Assembly: GCA_020348925.1 (NCBI GenBank)
Contig: CP070758.1
Location: 3,239,688 to 3,303,687 of the forward strand
Length of the DNA stretch: 64,000 nucleotides
From: Gemmatimonadota bacterium
Lineage (GTDB): Bacteria > JBHIER01 > G020348925
Reading direction: 5' to 3'
Shown here: positions 40,110 through 50,300 of the stretch, in pieces
Layout of the letters: each line of letters begins with the position of its first letter
Position numbering within the stretch: position 1 is the first letter of the stretch
Position numbers and translations under genes: made by a program
The notes under the pieces: generated by a model
Databases searched by the model: none
Seen by the model: only the letters and a program-made list of their open reading frames with translations
What the model was told of the DNA's origin: nothing

Positions 40110-41639
40110 TTGAGAACGAAAACACTTGTCTGGTTCAATGTATGTTTTATCTGTGCGCTCTTTCTCCGACTGTTTCTCTTTGACCTCAAGCCCCTCCATT
40201 CAGACGAGGGGGTGCATGCCTGGAACCTGGTCACCCTGTATCGCACCGGTGTCTACCTTTACGATCCCACCATGCATCACGGGCCGTTTCTCTCTTACCT
40301 GGGTCTTGTCCCTTTTTATCTGCTGGGCATCAACACCTTTTCGCTGCGTTTTTTTCCTGCTCTTTGTAACAGTGGTCTTCTTCTCCTTTTGATTCCTCTT
40401 CGGCGACGTATCGGCGAAGCCGGGGTGGTTGCGGCCGGGATTGTGCTCGCGCTGTCTCCCATTAACGTCTACTACTCCCGGGAGATTATTCACGAGAGCT
40501 ATTTCATCTTTTTCACCTTGACGGCCATTGTTTTTGCTTCCCGTTATTTGGAGAACAGAAAATTGTGGCTGGTCATTGGATTCGGTGCAAGTCTGGCGTT
40601 TCTGTGGACGATCAAAGAAACCTTGATAATAACTCTTGCCGCATGGACAGCTGCTTTGACCGGCACTGTCATTATTGGCATCTTTTCTGTTGATGGGGGA
40701 ATGCGAAAGGCAAGACTCAGGGAGACTCTCGCAAGTATTTGGGCGGAGGCACGGGGACTGAGATCCGTCCTGATTTTCTGTTTTTTCTTAATATTGGCAA
40801 TAGGCGTCCTTCTCTATTCATCCTTTTTCACCAATTGGCATGGGGTGGACGGCTTCTTCTCCGGGGTGAGGATCTGGGCGAGTCAGGGGATCGCCGGTCA
40901 AGGGCACCAGAAACCGTTCTTTTACTACCTAGAGCTTATGATCCGGTTCGAGCTGCCCGTACTCCTGTTCGGTCTCGTCGGGATGTATTACAGTTTTCGT
41001 CGAAGCACTCGGTTCTCAATCTTTATCTCGTTGTGGGCGCTCTTTATCTTCGGAGCTTATTCCATCATCCCCTACAAAACCCCGTGGCTGCTGATGAATA
41101 TCGTTCTCCCCTTCGCTCTTTCAGCCGGATATGCGGCCAATGAGATATTGAACAGCCTCGTGAGGAGGAGAGGACTGCTCATCTTCGCCGTGGATATAGC
41201 AATCATCATGACCTGTTTTTTGGGCTATCACTCAATACGGGTGAGTTTTTTCGATTATGATAACGATACGCATCCATTAACCTACGTTCAGACGAAACGG
41301 GATATTAAGAAGTTGGTCTCCAGGATAGAGCAGGTCTCCGGTGCTTTGCCGGAGGGCACTGGAGTCGAGATCAAGGTTCTATCTCCTGACTATTGGCCTC
41401 TGCCGTGGTATTTGAGAGATTACTCCAGTGTGGGCTATTTTAGTCGCATCATTGACGATGCGGATGCCCCTGTCATTATAGGATCTCCCGCCCAGCAGAA
41501 GGATCTGGAATCCATGCTTGAAGAAAAGTATCATATTGAAAATTATGAGTTACGGCAGGGTGTGCGCTTAGACCTTTACATCAGAAACGACGCCTGGGAA
41601 AAGTGCTGTGCTTTCCCTGACCGAGGAAATGATCCATGA
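40110..41639 (+). CDS. GT-C/PMT-like membrane glycosyltransferase (TIGR03663/Agl23-like)
   Basis: H.DEGVH, YDP..HGP, YYSR, KE, YSSFF, YKTPW, YWPLPWYLR; TTG start. Confidence 0.75.
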   Translation: MRTKTLVWFNVCFICALFLRLFLFDLKPLHSDEGVHAWNLVTLYRTGVYLYDPTMHHGPFLSYLGLVPFYLLGINTFSLRFFPALCNSGLLLLLIPLRRRIGEAGVVAAGIVLALSPINVYYSREIIHESYFIFFTLTAIVFASRYLENRKLWLVIGFGASLAFLWTIKETLIITLAAWTAALTGTVIIGIFSVDGGMRKARLRETLASIWAEARGLRSVLIFCFFLILAIGVLLYSSFFTNWHGVDGFFSGVRIWASQGIAGQGHQKPFFYYLELMIRFELPVLLFGLVGMYYSFRRSTRFSIFISLWALFIFGAYSIIPYKTPWLLMNIVLPFALSAGYAANEILNSLVRRRGLLIFAVDIAIIMTCFLGYHSIRVSFFDYDNDTHPLTYVQTKRDIKKLVSRIEQVSGALPEGTGVEIKVLSPDYWPLPWYLRDYSSVGYFSRIIDDADAPVIIGSPAQQKDLESMLEEKYHIENYELRQGVRLDLYIRNDAWEKCCAFPDRGNDP

Positions 41640-42001
41640 TCTCCTCCAATGAAATGAATACATTGGGTTGTTCTCTCAATGGTTGGTTCTATCATCGACG
41701 GTCGCTGTCCCCTCGTCGAAGAGCCCTTTTCAGATTCATGTCTCCGGTACTTTGGTGCGAACGATCGCTCGGCTCAGGGAACAATCTGCGGCCCAATCCA
41801 CAATCAGTGGAGAACCAACGGAACAGGCAGCTCGGGTGGTTTCTAATGTGCGCTCTGGTGAGAAATTACCTGAATCTTGAAAAATGACACGGGTCGAGGG
41901 CTCCTGTGGGATATGGTTTCAAAACAGGCGGATTGGATTTCTCGGATAAGTTTTTCAGAAACATATAAATAGATGGTGTAACTAAAAGATGAAAAAAAGA
42001 C

Positions 42002-42030
42002 TTGACATCAAGAAGCCGTCCCTCTATTTT
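42002..42030 (+). promoter_or_regulatory. Sigma70-type promoter
   Basis: TTGACA-17 nt-TATTTT, about 60 nt before ATG 42090. Confidence 0.55.
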
Positions 42031-42089
42031 ACCTATTGTATAATCCTTTGATGGAGTTTCAAGGACGTGTCGTATTCAAAGGGGTCGAT

Positions 42090-44414
42090 ATGATTCGAGG
42101 CGGACGAAAGGGATATAAGACATTACTCGTCTTTTGCCTCTCTCTCATTTTTCTGTGCGCACCACATATCGAAGGCTCGGTTGTCAAGGTTGGTGAGTAC
42201 GATGACGCACCCTTTGCGCCCGGCAAGACATCGCTGTCAGCAGCCGAGACGTTCTCCCCGGTCCTCCCCAAGGCCGCCCTGTCACCGGATTCCCTTGTTG
42301 TTCACCATTTTACCTTTACCGAGATGGTCTGGTCGAGTCATGATGTTCTTTTCGGCAACGGCGAGCAACTTTTCGCCTATCAGGATCCGACGGCCATGGA
42401 TTTTCCGGATAGGATCAATCCCTTCGAGGTGAAAGAGATCTGGATCGGGCCCCTCTGTTTTCCAACCCCATGTTTGTTCGAAGCCAGGGCCCTTGTGTGT
42501 GAAGCCGACATGAGCTTTCCCGAGTGTCCGGAGATAGGACCTGTCATTTCTGAGACGGCCGTTCATTCGGACGCCATTGAGGAACCCGGCTGGTACTATT
42601 TCTACTATCCTCTGGAAGAACTGGTCTGCGTCGATGCGCCCTACTTCTCGTCCATCCAGATCCTCTCCCCACTATGTGAAGGGGTCTGTGTCACCTCCGA
42701 TTACGATGGCTGCACCCCGTGTCTGAACTGGACGTTCCGCTACGAGATGTGGTCCGATATGTGCTCATTACTGCCGGGAGATATCCGCATGTGGTCCTGG
42801 GGATTTACGGCAGATACCAACGAATGCGAACCTACCCCAGAGGTGGAGCCTGTGGTCATTTATGTCGGGATTATCTGGCACATCCCCTGTCCGGAGCCGG
42901 AACCATCGCCGACACCGTCCCCCTCTCCGAGCCCTTCACCGAGCCCCTCACCAAGCCCGTCTCCGTCACCCTCACCGAGCCCTTCACCGAGCCCCTCACC
43001 AAGCCCGTCTCCGTCACCCTCACCGAGCCCATCTCCGTCACCCTCGCCCAGTCCCTCACCCAGTCCTTCGCCGAGCCCTTCACCGACACCGCACTGTGTC
43101 GTCTTGTCCGTGACACCCAGCGGCGATACCAAGGTGATGATCTCAACGCTGCATGACAACGTCTACCGGACCACTGAACAGACTCAGGATCGTATTGTCA
43201 AGGTCACCGCCACGACGAACAGCGGTTCCGGGCAAATCGTATACTTCAGAACGAGGGATCCGGATGATCGATCGTCCTATGAGACGGATAACACTGATAA
43301 CGATAATCACGACGCCACGTTTCGAAGAGGAAATCTGGGTTCTGCCACCGGTTTCACGGAGGCGCCGGGAACGAGAAAGACCGATGGCAATGGCCGTGTC
43401 ATCAGGATCGGTATTCGGACCAATGCCCAAGGGAAAGCCGCCGTGAACTTGACCGTCACCAACCGATACGCCGGCGACAACTATATTGTCGACGCCAGTT
43501 GCGGAGATTCCACCTTCACTGAAAAGAAATCTTCAGGGCTTCTCGTCGCTTGGAAGAGAATCTATATTGAAGAGGACCAGATGTATCAATTCGGGACAGA
43601 TCTAACAGCCGATTTTAATGCCGATGCGGACAACAATCCCGATAATATTTCGGTTCGGAGCACTAATGGAATAAATGTGGGTGATACGTTGACTCTCTTT
43701 GATGCCAATAGTCCCAATGGGGAGGGAATAGTGGTGAGAGGAATAGCCGGCAACACTCTGACTGTGGTAAGTGCTGCAGATTCCAACAGAGACATCCAAA
43801 GTAACTATGACGCAGAATATCCACGGGCAAATGGACGAGGTGCTGCTGTTGCTGATCCAAGACGAGGCGTTTACGATGCGGATGTTACAGGCCGCACGGA
43901 CAATGCTTTTGGCGGGAGAGCTGACGGCTCAGATGGAGGATGTTTTGTCGAGGTGAGTATTCTTGCCGATGGTGGAAATAGAGTGCCCTATCGGCGGGAC
44001 TGGACGGGGGGTGTTTCGCGAGCAGACTACACCGATGTCTGGTTCAAAAACAGGGGGGATGTCAATTACATCCATGTGGTAGGCTGTGCCTACAATCAGG
44101 TAGGGGATAATGTTTATGGAGTATCTCATGCGGGGAATAACTATAATTATATTTTCCTGGAAGAAATACAGGATGATTTTGCCGCGAATGCCCCTACTGT
44201 TAACGCAGATACCGACGCTCATGAAATCGGTCATCATTTCAACTTAGCCAATACTGATAATGCGCACCCAGCCGGCGTATGGTGTCATGAGGGCAACGGC
44301 ACAGATTACTGTCTGATGAGTTATCAAAGGGATAGAACAGATGGCGTTACGGAGTTCTGCCACAGTGCTCCGAATCACCTTGATGAAGTCCGAGATGAAA
44401 ATGATAGCCTATAA
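42090..44414 (+). CDS. Secreted modular protein: Cys-rich N-domain, Pro-Ser linker, Ig-like region, C-terminal HExxH zincin-like domain
   Basis: Signal peptide, (PS)n linker, AHEIGHHF...CLMSY. Confidence 0.7.
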   Translation: MIRGGRKGYKTLLVFCLSLIFLCAPHIEGSVVKVGEYDDAPFAPGKTSLSAAETFSPVLPKAALSPDSLVVHHFTFTEMVWSSHDVLFGNGEQLFAYQDPTAMDFPDRINPFEVKEIWIGPLCFPTPCLFEARALVCEADMSFPECPEIGPVISETAVHSDAIEEPGWYYFYYPLEELVCVDAPYFSSIQILSPLCEGVCVTSDYDGCTPCLNWTFRYEMWSDMCSLLPGDIRMWSWGFTADTNECEPTPEVEPVVIYVGIIWHIPCPEPEPSPTPSPSPSPSPSPSPSPSPSPSPSPSPSPSPSPSPSPSPSPSPSPSPSPSPSPSPSPSPTPHCVVLSVTPSGDTKVMISTLHDNVYRTTEQTQDRIVKVTATTNSGSGQIVYFRTRDPDDRSSYETDNTDNDNHDATFRRGNLGSATGFTEAPGTRKTDGNGRVIRIGIRTNAQGKAAVNLTVTNRYAGDNYIVDASCGDSTFTEKKSSGLLVAWKRIYIEEDQMYQFGTDLTADFNADADNNPDNISVRSTNGINVGDTLTLFDANSPNGEGIVVRGIAGNTLTVVSAADSNRDIQSNYDAEYPRANGRGAAVADPRRGVYDADVTGRTDNAFGGRADGSDGGCFVEVSILADGGNRVPYRRDWTGGVSRADYTDVWFKNRGDVNYIHVVGCAYNQVGDNVYGVSHAGNNYNYIFLEEIQDDFAANAPTVNADTDAHEIGHHFNLANTDNAHPAGVWCHEGNGTDYCLMSYQRDRTDGVTEFCHSAPNHLDEVRDENDSL
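42891..43091 (+). repeat. Pro-Ser coding repeat containing an exact 48-bp tandem duplication
   Basis: 42927-42974 is identical to 42975-43022. Confidence 0.9.
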
Positions 44415-44453
44415 TTGAAATTTATAATACCTTCTGTTTTGAAAGGCAAGGTT

Positions 44454-45116
44454 ATGATTCGAGACATAAAATTGAACTTACCGATAGCCGGCTTCTTTGT
44501 TCTCACCATAATGCTCGCGATAGCAGTTGATTCTGTTCTGTGGAGGGGGAGAGTGGAAGCGGGAATGCAGGAAGACAATCAACAGAAAACACCGACAGCT
44601 CAGAATTCAGAACAATTGTCGGAAGAAACTGTGGTCGAGATTAAGAGGAGATTGGAGCAAAAGGATCTTGAGATTCCAGAAAAACGGAGAGAATTTCGAG
44701 ACTTTTTTAAGAATTTGGAAGGGAGAGCCTTTCCTGTATTGGAGGACTCATTAAACAGTACGAATATCGCAATACGGAGAAATGTAACTCTTGCTTTAGG
44801 ATATATGACTCGACCCCGGGAATTGCGTGATGATGAATACATGCAAACTGAGAAGATCCTGGCGAAATTGCTCATCGTGGCTCTTGAGGATACGAGTGCT
44901 GAGATCCGGAGGAGTGCTCTTGGACCACTTCGAGCAATTGCCTATTGTGGCTTACCGTCTCCCGAGCCGAGTGTCGTGGAGGCATTGAAGTCCATGCTCA
45001 CGGATCCGGAATCCTCGATTCGGGAATTGGCAGCAAGCTACCTTATGAGTCTTGGTATGAAGGAAGCTGTCCCTGAAGAGTTGATTGAAAAAGTGAAGGG
45101 GGAACATATCGACTGA
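44454..45116 (+). CDS. Exported or membrane-anchored HEAT-repeat-like protein
   Basis: Hydrophobic N-terminal segment; repeats IRRNVTLALG, LEDTSAEIRRSALGPL, LTDPESSIRELAASYL. Confidence 0.65.
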   Translation: MIRDIKLNLPIAGFFVLTIMLAIAVDSVLWRGRVEAGMQEDNQQKTPTAQNSEQLSEETVVEIKRRLEQKDLEIPEKRREFRDFFKNLEGRAFPVLEDSLNSTNIAIRRNVTLALGYMTRPRELRDDEYMQTEKILAKLLIVALEDTSAEIRRSALGPLRAIAYCGLPSPEPSVVEALKSMLTDPESSIRELAASYLMSLGMKEAVPEELIEKVKGEHID

Positions 45117-45225
45117 AGTTGGAAACTATAGATTTCGCTGATATGATTCAAAAATTCTAGGAAGTAGCAATGTAATGTAAGGCGAGGAGGAATAATTATT
45201 TTTCTGATATAAGGGTGTGTTGAGA

Positions 45226-46950
45226 ATGTCAAAGAAAACATCGTTTCTTATCACTGTCATTCTGTGTTGCCTGTGTTTGCTGATATCGGGCGTGCGGGAT
45301 TGTGTCCCTCAGAATGCTGTTGAAGTTGGATCTTCGGATAATATTCTTATTATTGAAATCTGGAACATATGTGTGTGGTGTGGTATTCCGTTCGTTACCA
45401 TTTCAGTGATTCATATTCCCTGGTTTTTACCTCGAATCTGGCCGCTGGAAATAACAACAGTTCCAGAGAATATTGTCAAAGGAGACAAAGGAAGAGCGGT
45501 CTTTACGTTCGATGTCGCTTCGGATTTAGGACTCAGAGGGAAGAGTGATGGCGAGCTCACCGGGTCTCTCGTTTTCCACATATCATCAGGTAGTGGCTAT
45601 GACACAACACAAACTGTGGAGTTGGTTGTTTCGGCCGAGCAGATACTCTCTGCTGAGACTGGGTATGGAATTCCCGGAATGATAAGCCAGGCTGTCAACA
45701 TGGATCTGGAAAATGAGGCTGATGTGAGCTTTGTGCATTTTACATTGAATTATGTGGGTGATCTCATGGAAGTGTCCGAAATAAGTCCCACTTCTCGGAC
45801 ATCGGGGATGAAATTAAGTTGGGAGGAAATCGAGCCGGGTAAAACTCGGGTGAGTATGGCAGCTCCTGAGATTATTGGTCCTGGAGAGGGCCCTATCGCC
45901 CAATGTTATTTCAATGTCTATCAAGCGACGACACCTGGTGAGTCTATTTTTGTAACCTTGTCAGATGTATTTCTCCAGGACCCCGAAGTAAGCCCTCTCA
46001 GTGTCGGCTTAAAGTCCGGCCAGTTTCTGTTCGGTAAAAAGGGAGAGGTCAACGGGGATGGGGCGATCAATGTGCTGGACCTCCTGACGGTTGTCAATAT
46101 AATTTTGGAAATCCACGTGCCGACAGGATACCAATTATGGGCCGCCGATTGTAACGGGGACGGAGTGATCAATGTTCTGGACGTTCTGGGCATTGTCCGT
46201 GTCATTTTGGGTTTGGGTCCGTGTTCATCGCTCGCGCCACCCTTGAAGGGGACGTTTGTCCAGACCCAGGTGACCGTCTCAAATCCCTTGGTGCACACCA
46301 GGGGAGAGGTGTTGATACCGATTGATGTCAGGGCAACCCAACCGGCAGCCGGTTTTCAGTTGCGGATGTCCTACGATGCCAGCAAGCTCGTCCCCGGAAA
46401 ACCTCAGAGCACACCGCGCAGCGCCGCCATGACTCTGGCATCGCAGGCCCAATCCGGGGCGATCACGCTGCTCCTTTACGGCCAGAGAGGAGAACGGATA
46501 CCTGTCGGCGCCGGACCGGTTGTCGTCCTGCCGTTTCGAATTCTTGACGGGGTTCGGGGGGATGCCGGACTGGAGTTTGAGGACATTCTTGTGGCCGGTC
46601 TTGACTGCGCTTCCATGCCCGTTGAAGTGCCTTATCCCGACATCTCATTGGATCTGGGGCTGCCGCTGCCGACCGTCTATTCTCTCGCCCAGAACTACCC
46701 CAATCCTTTCAATCTGCAGACGGTGATCGAATATCAGCTTCCCCGCGAGGGTCGTGTCGTTCTGACAGTTTACAACATTGTGGGCCAAGAGGTGTGCACT
46801 CTGACCGATGAGGTCAAGGAGGCCGGCTACTATACGATCAGATGGGACGGCAGAGACACCAGTGGGGTATCGGTGGCCAGCGGGCTCTATTTCTACCGGC
46901 TCCAGGCCGGCACCTTTAGGCAGACGATGAAGATGTTGCTTCTCAAGTAG
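45226..46950 (+). CDS. Secreted cohesin-dockerin-cohesin protein with T9SS-type/FlgD-Ig C-terminal domain
   Basis: Dockerin pair GEVNGDGAINVLD / DCNGDGVINVLD; YSLAQNYPNPFN...WDGRD...SGLYFYRL...KMLLLK. Confidence 0.8.
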   Translation: MSKKTSFLITVILCCLCLLISGVRDCVPQNAVEVGSSDNILIIEIWNICVWCGIPFVTISVIHIPWFLPRIWPLEITTVPENIVKGDKGRAVFTFDVASDLGLRGKSDGELTGSLVFHISSGSGYDTTQTVELVVSAEQILSAETGYGIPGMISQAVNMDLENEADVSFVHFTLNYVGDLMEVSEISPTSRTSGMKLSWEEIEPGKTRVSMAAPEIIGPGEGPIAQCYFNVYQATTPGESIFVTLSDVFLQDPEVSPLSVGLKSGQFLFGKKGEVNGDGAINVLDLLTVVNIILEIHVPTGYQLWAADCNGDGVINVLDVLGIVRVILGLGPCSSLAPPLKGTFVQTQVTVSNPLVHTRGEVLIPIDVRATQPAAGFQLRMSYDASKLVPGKPQSTPRSAAMTLASQAQSGAITLLLYGQRGERIPVGAGPVVVLPFRILDGVRGDAGLEFEDILVAGLDCASMPVEVPYPDISLDLGLPLPTVYSLAQNYPNPFNLQTVIEYQLPREGRVVLTVYNIVGQEVCTLTDEVKEAGYYTIRWDGRDTSGVSVASGLYFYRLQAGTFRQTMKMLLLK

Positions 46951-47014
46951 CGGCAGTCATAATGCTGAAGAGGGATGGCGAGCGAAACACCTTTTTGAAC
47001 TTGTGTTGCATGAG

Positions 47015-47044
47015 GCCGCGGGAGGAACTCTCGCGGTGGCTTTT
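47015..47044 (+). terminator. Possible intrinsic terminator
   Basis: GCCGCGGGAG-GAA-CTCTCGCGGT hairpin followed by GGCTTTT. Confidence 0.45.
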
Positions 47045-47108
47045 CGTCTAAGAATTGTGATGTGAATACGGCGCGATGGAGCGACTCTGCTCGACTGAGA
47101 AAAAATGC

Positions 47109-47137
47109 TTGACATGATCTTTTTTCATTTATATCTT
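47109..47137 (+). promoter_or_regulatory. Sigma70-type promoter of the porU operon
   Basis: TTGACA-17 nt-TATCTT. Confidence 0.55.
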
Positions 47138-47379
47138 AGTGCACGCATTTTGCATGAGATCGTGTGGAGAATTGATAAGAGAATAGAAGAGAAAAGGATT
47201 AGCGTATAAAAGTTCGTTAAAGGGTTTGGTTGTATCGCTCTTTTGAGCATGTTTTTCAAGAGTCACGAGAGGCTCAAAAGGAAGAAATACTAAGGCATCC
47301 AACCACAGGCCCTGAGGCGAGCTTTCTTTTTTAGAAGGCCGGGTTGGAGAGAGTACCAGACCCGGTATTTTTATGTTCT

Positions 47380-50300
47380 ATGAATTTTGGACGAAACATA
47401 GCCGTGGTTTTCGGAGTACTCATGTGGGGTGCTCCCTTGAACAGCGCCCTGGAGACGGCCCGATCCGGAGAGACGGGGCTTCTCCTGCGGAGAACCGATG
47501 AGACAGGAGTAACCTTCGACTATTACGTGCCGGAGATTGAGGACATGACCTTTCCCTTCGATGGTCAGATATACCATCGCGTCAGGCTCGCCGGTTTCGG
47601 GTGTACGGATCAGGTGGGCGCTCCTCAATTGCCTCAGATGAGGCTTCTGGTGGGTGTTCCCCTGGAGGGTGATGTTGAGGCAGCACTTATTGATGCCGCG
47701 TATGAGGAGAGGGGGGGCTATCGCGTTGGTCCGGTTCCGACACTCGTTCGTCCCACCGAAGCTGAGGATACCTTCTTTCGGGAGGAGTACATCCCTCATC
47801 CGGAGTTTTACTCCGAAGACGCCTTTACCCCGGAGCGTGTCATCGAGGTTGAACAACCCTCCTTTCTCAGAAATCAACGGGTCGCGGCAATCATTCTCCG
47901 CCCCCTTCAATTCAATCCGGTTACAGGTATCCTCCGAATTCATTCCAAAATATCCGTGTCCATCCGCTTTCGAGGAAGCGGGACTGTATCGCCCTATCCC
48001 CAAGGGTCCTCGGTGGATCACTTCGAGAACGTCTATCAAAGGACGCTCATCAATTATGAGACGTCCAAGCGATGGCGAAAGCGACCGCACGTACGACTGG
48101 AAAAGGGCTCTCTTTTTCAAGACGATGCGGAATGGATCAAGATGACGGTCAGAGAAGATGGTATCTATCGAGTGGATTTTGATGATCTGTCGGAAGTCGT
48201 TGAAGATATGGCGGCCATCGATCCCGCCACAATCAGGATCTCCTATGGGGGTGGGAGGGAGCTCCCGAGAGATGTCTTTGAGCCGCGTCCGGATTCTCTC
48301 ACAGAGATTGCCATCATTGTGAATGGGGAGGAGGATGGGACTTTTGATGCTGGGGATCACATCATTTTTTATGGGCAGGGGGTCTCAGGTTGGGATTACG
48401 ACCCCGATGTGGATGACTACGCGCACTACTTCCACAGGTTTACGGACGACAACGTCTACTGGTTGACCTTTGGGCCGAATGGGCAGCAGGGCAAGCGGAT
48501 GACCGCCAAAGACGGTTCGCCGACCGCTCCCAATCCAGAGCGCTTTCATGGCTTTCGAGACAGGATCCACGAAGAACATGAGGGCATCAACCCCAAGGCT
48601 TCGGGCTTGACGTGGTATTGGCGGACCTCCTCCGGAGGAGAGACGGGGTCCTTTCGGGCGGATTTGCCCGGGGCCCTGCAGGACTCTGTGTGCACGGTAT
48701 CGCTCAGGATGAAGGGGAAGACGAGGGGTCAAGTGGCTGTCCATGAGGTCAAGGTCTCCTTCAATAATCGACTCATTTCCCACGAAACGTTTCACAGTGA
48801 AAACGTACTCACGATTCAAGAGAGTGGGCGTGGTTGGGTCGTTGACGGGGAGAACGAGCTGAGAGTCGAGCATGTGCGACAACCGGGCTCAGATCCCACG
48901 ATCCAGGATCAGTTCTATTTCGACTGGTATGAAATCAGATACTGGAGGCGCTTTGAGGCTCATCACGGCTCGCTTGCGTTTTCGGCTCCGCGGGGCTCGG
49001 AGGTTGTCGAGTATCGTCTGTCCGGTTTCCCGGAGGATTCAATCCTGGTGTTCGATGTCACCGATCCGGAGAATGTGGCCGCCCTGTATCATGTGACTCG
49101 AGACGAGACGCTTGCATTTCAGGATGTTCAAGATCCTTTCATCGAGAAACGATACCTGGCTGTGGCATTGGAGCGGATGAAGAGTCCCATAAGTATCGTC
49201 GGAGCAGAGCCCTGGGAACTGAGGGATCCATCGAACAGGGCCGACTATCTTATTGTGACCCACGAGGGTTTTGTCCCGGACGTGGAGCCGTTGAGAGCCC
49301 ATCGCCGGGATTTTGACCCCGGATACGAGGCGAAAGTGATCACCACCTCCGCCATTTATGACGAGTTCTCCTGGGGGCTCTTCGATCCGACGGCGATCCG
49401 GGATTTTTTGAAATATGCTGCCGGAAACTGGGAGGTTCAGCCGGAATATGTCCTTTTAGTGGGGGACGGTAATTACGATTATAAGAACAACTCTCTCACA
49501 AGTCCTGGAAACTGGGTCCCGCCCTACGAGAACGGCAGTGAGGCCTACGATGACTGGTACGTCTATCTGGATGCAGGTATCCTGCCTGATATGTGTATCG
49601 GTCGGCTCCCGGCCCGGTCGAGACAGCAGGTGCAACATATGGTGGCGAAGATCATCGACTACGATCTTCGGCCCACGTTCGGACAGTGGCGGAACCGAAT
49701 GCTCTTCATGGCCGATGACGAACTGGTTGGCTGCCAGGAGGAATCCTGGAACGTCCGTCATACCAATGACTCCGAGACGGTGTCCGACACTCTTCCGAAG
49801 AATTTCCAGCAGATCAAAATCTATCTCATGGGGTACGAGCTCGGCCAAAACTGCGAAAAACCCTCGGCCAACGAGGATCTGTTGACGCATTTGAACAAGG
49901 GCGTTCTTCTCTTCAATTATATCGGTCACGGGGGATACAACGTCATGGCCGACGAGCATGTCTTTCGAAGTTCCAGAGATCTGCCGAGGCTGACGAACGA
50001 ATCGATGCCATTTCTTTTAGCCGCCTTCACCTGCGATGTGGGGGTGTTTGATCATCCCATTGAGGAGAGTATGGCGGAGGATCTGGTCAGGCTGGAGAAC
50101 CGGGGAGCCATTGCCTCGGTTGCCGCTTCGCGACTGACCTCGTCCGGACCGAACCTTGACCTGAGCCAACAATTTTATTCCAATCTTTTCTTGAGTGGTT
50201 TTGGGCATGGGAAAACCCGGCCCCTCGGGATGGCCCTGTTGGAAGGAAAGGTGGAAGCGGCCAGCGCCTCAAACGGCCGTCTGTACCTCCTCTTCGGAGA

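Noticed and set aside
41636-41887. Short ORFs, one containing a CTD-like 'IHVSGTLVRTI' stretch
   Set aside because: Similarity too short, no RBS or further motif support.
42860-43159. GEGLGEGD-repeat ORF on the minus strand
   Set aside because: Reverse reading of the Pro-Ser linker.
47371-48360. 329-aa minus-strand ORF
   Set aside because: Antisense to porU; no motifs.
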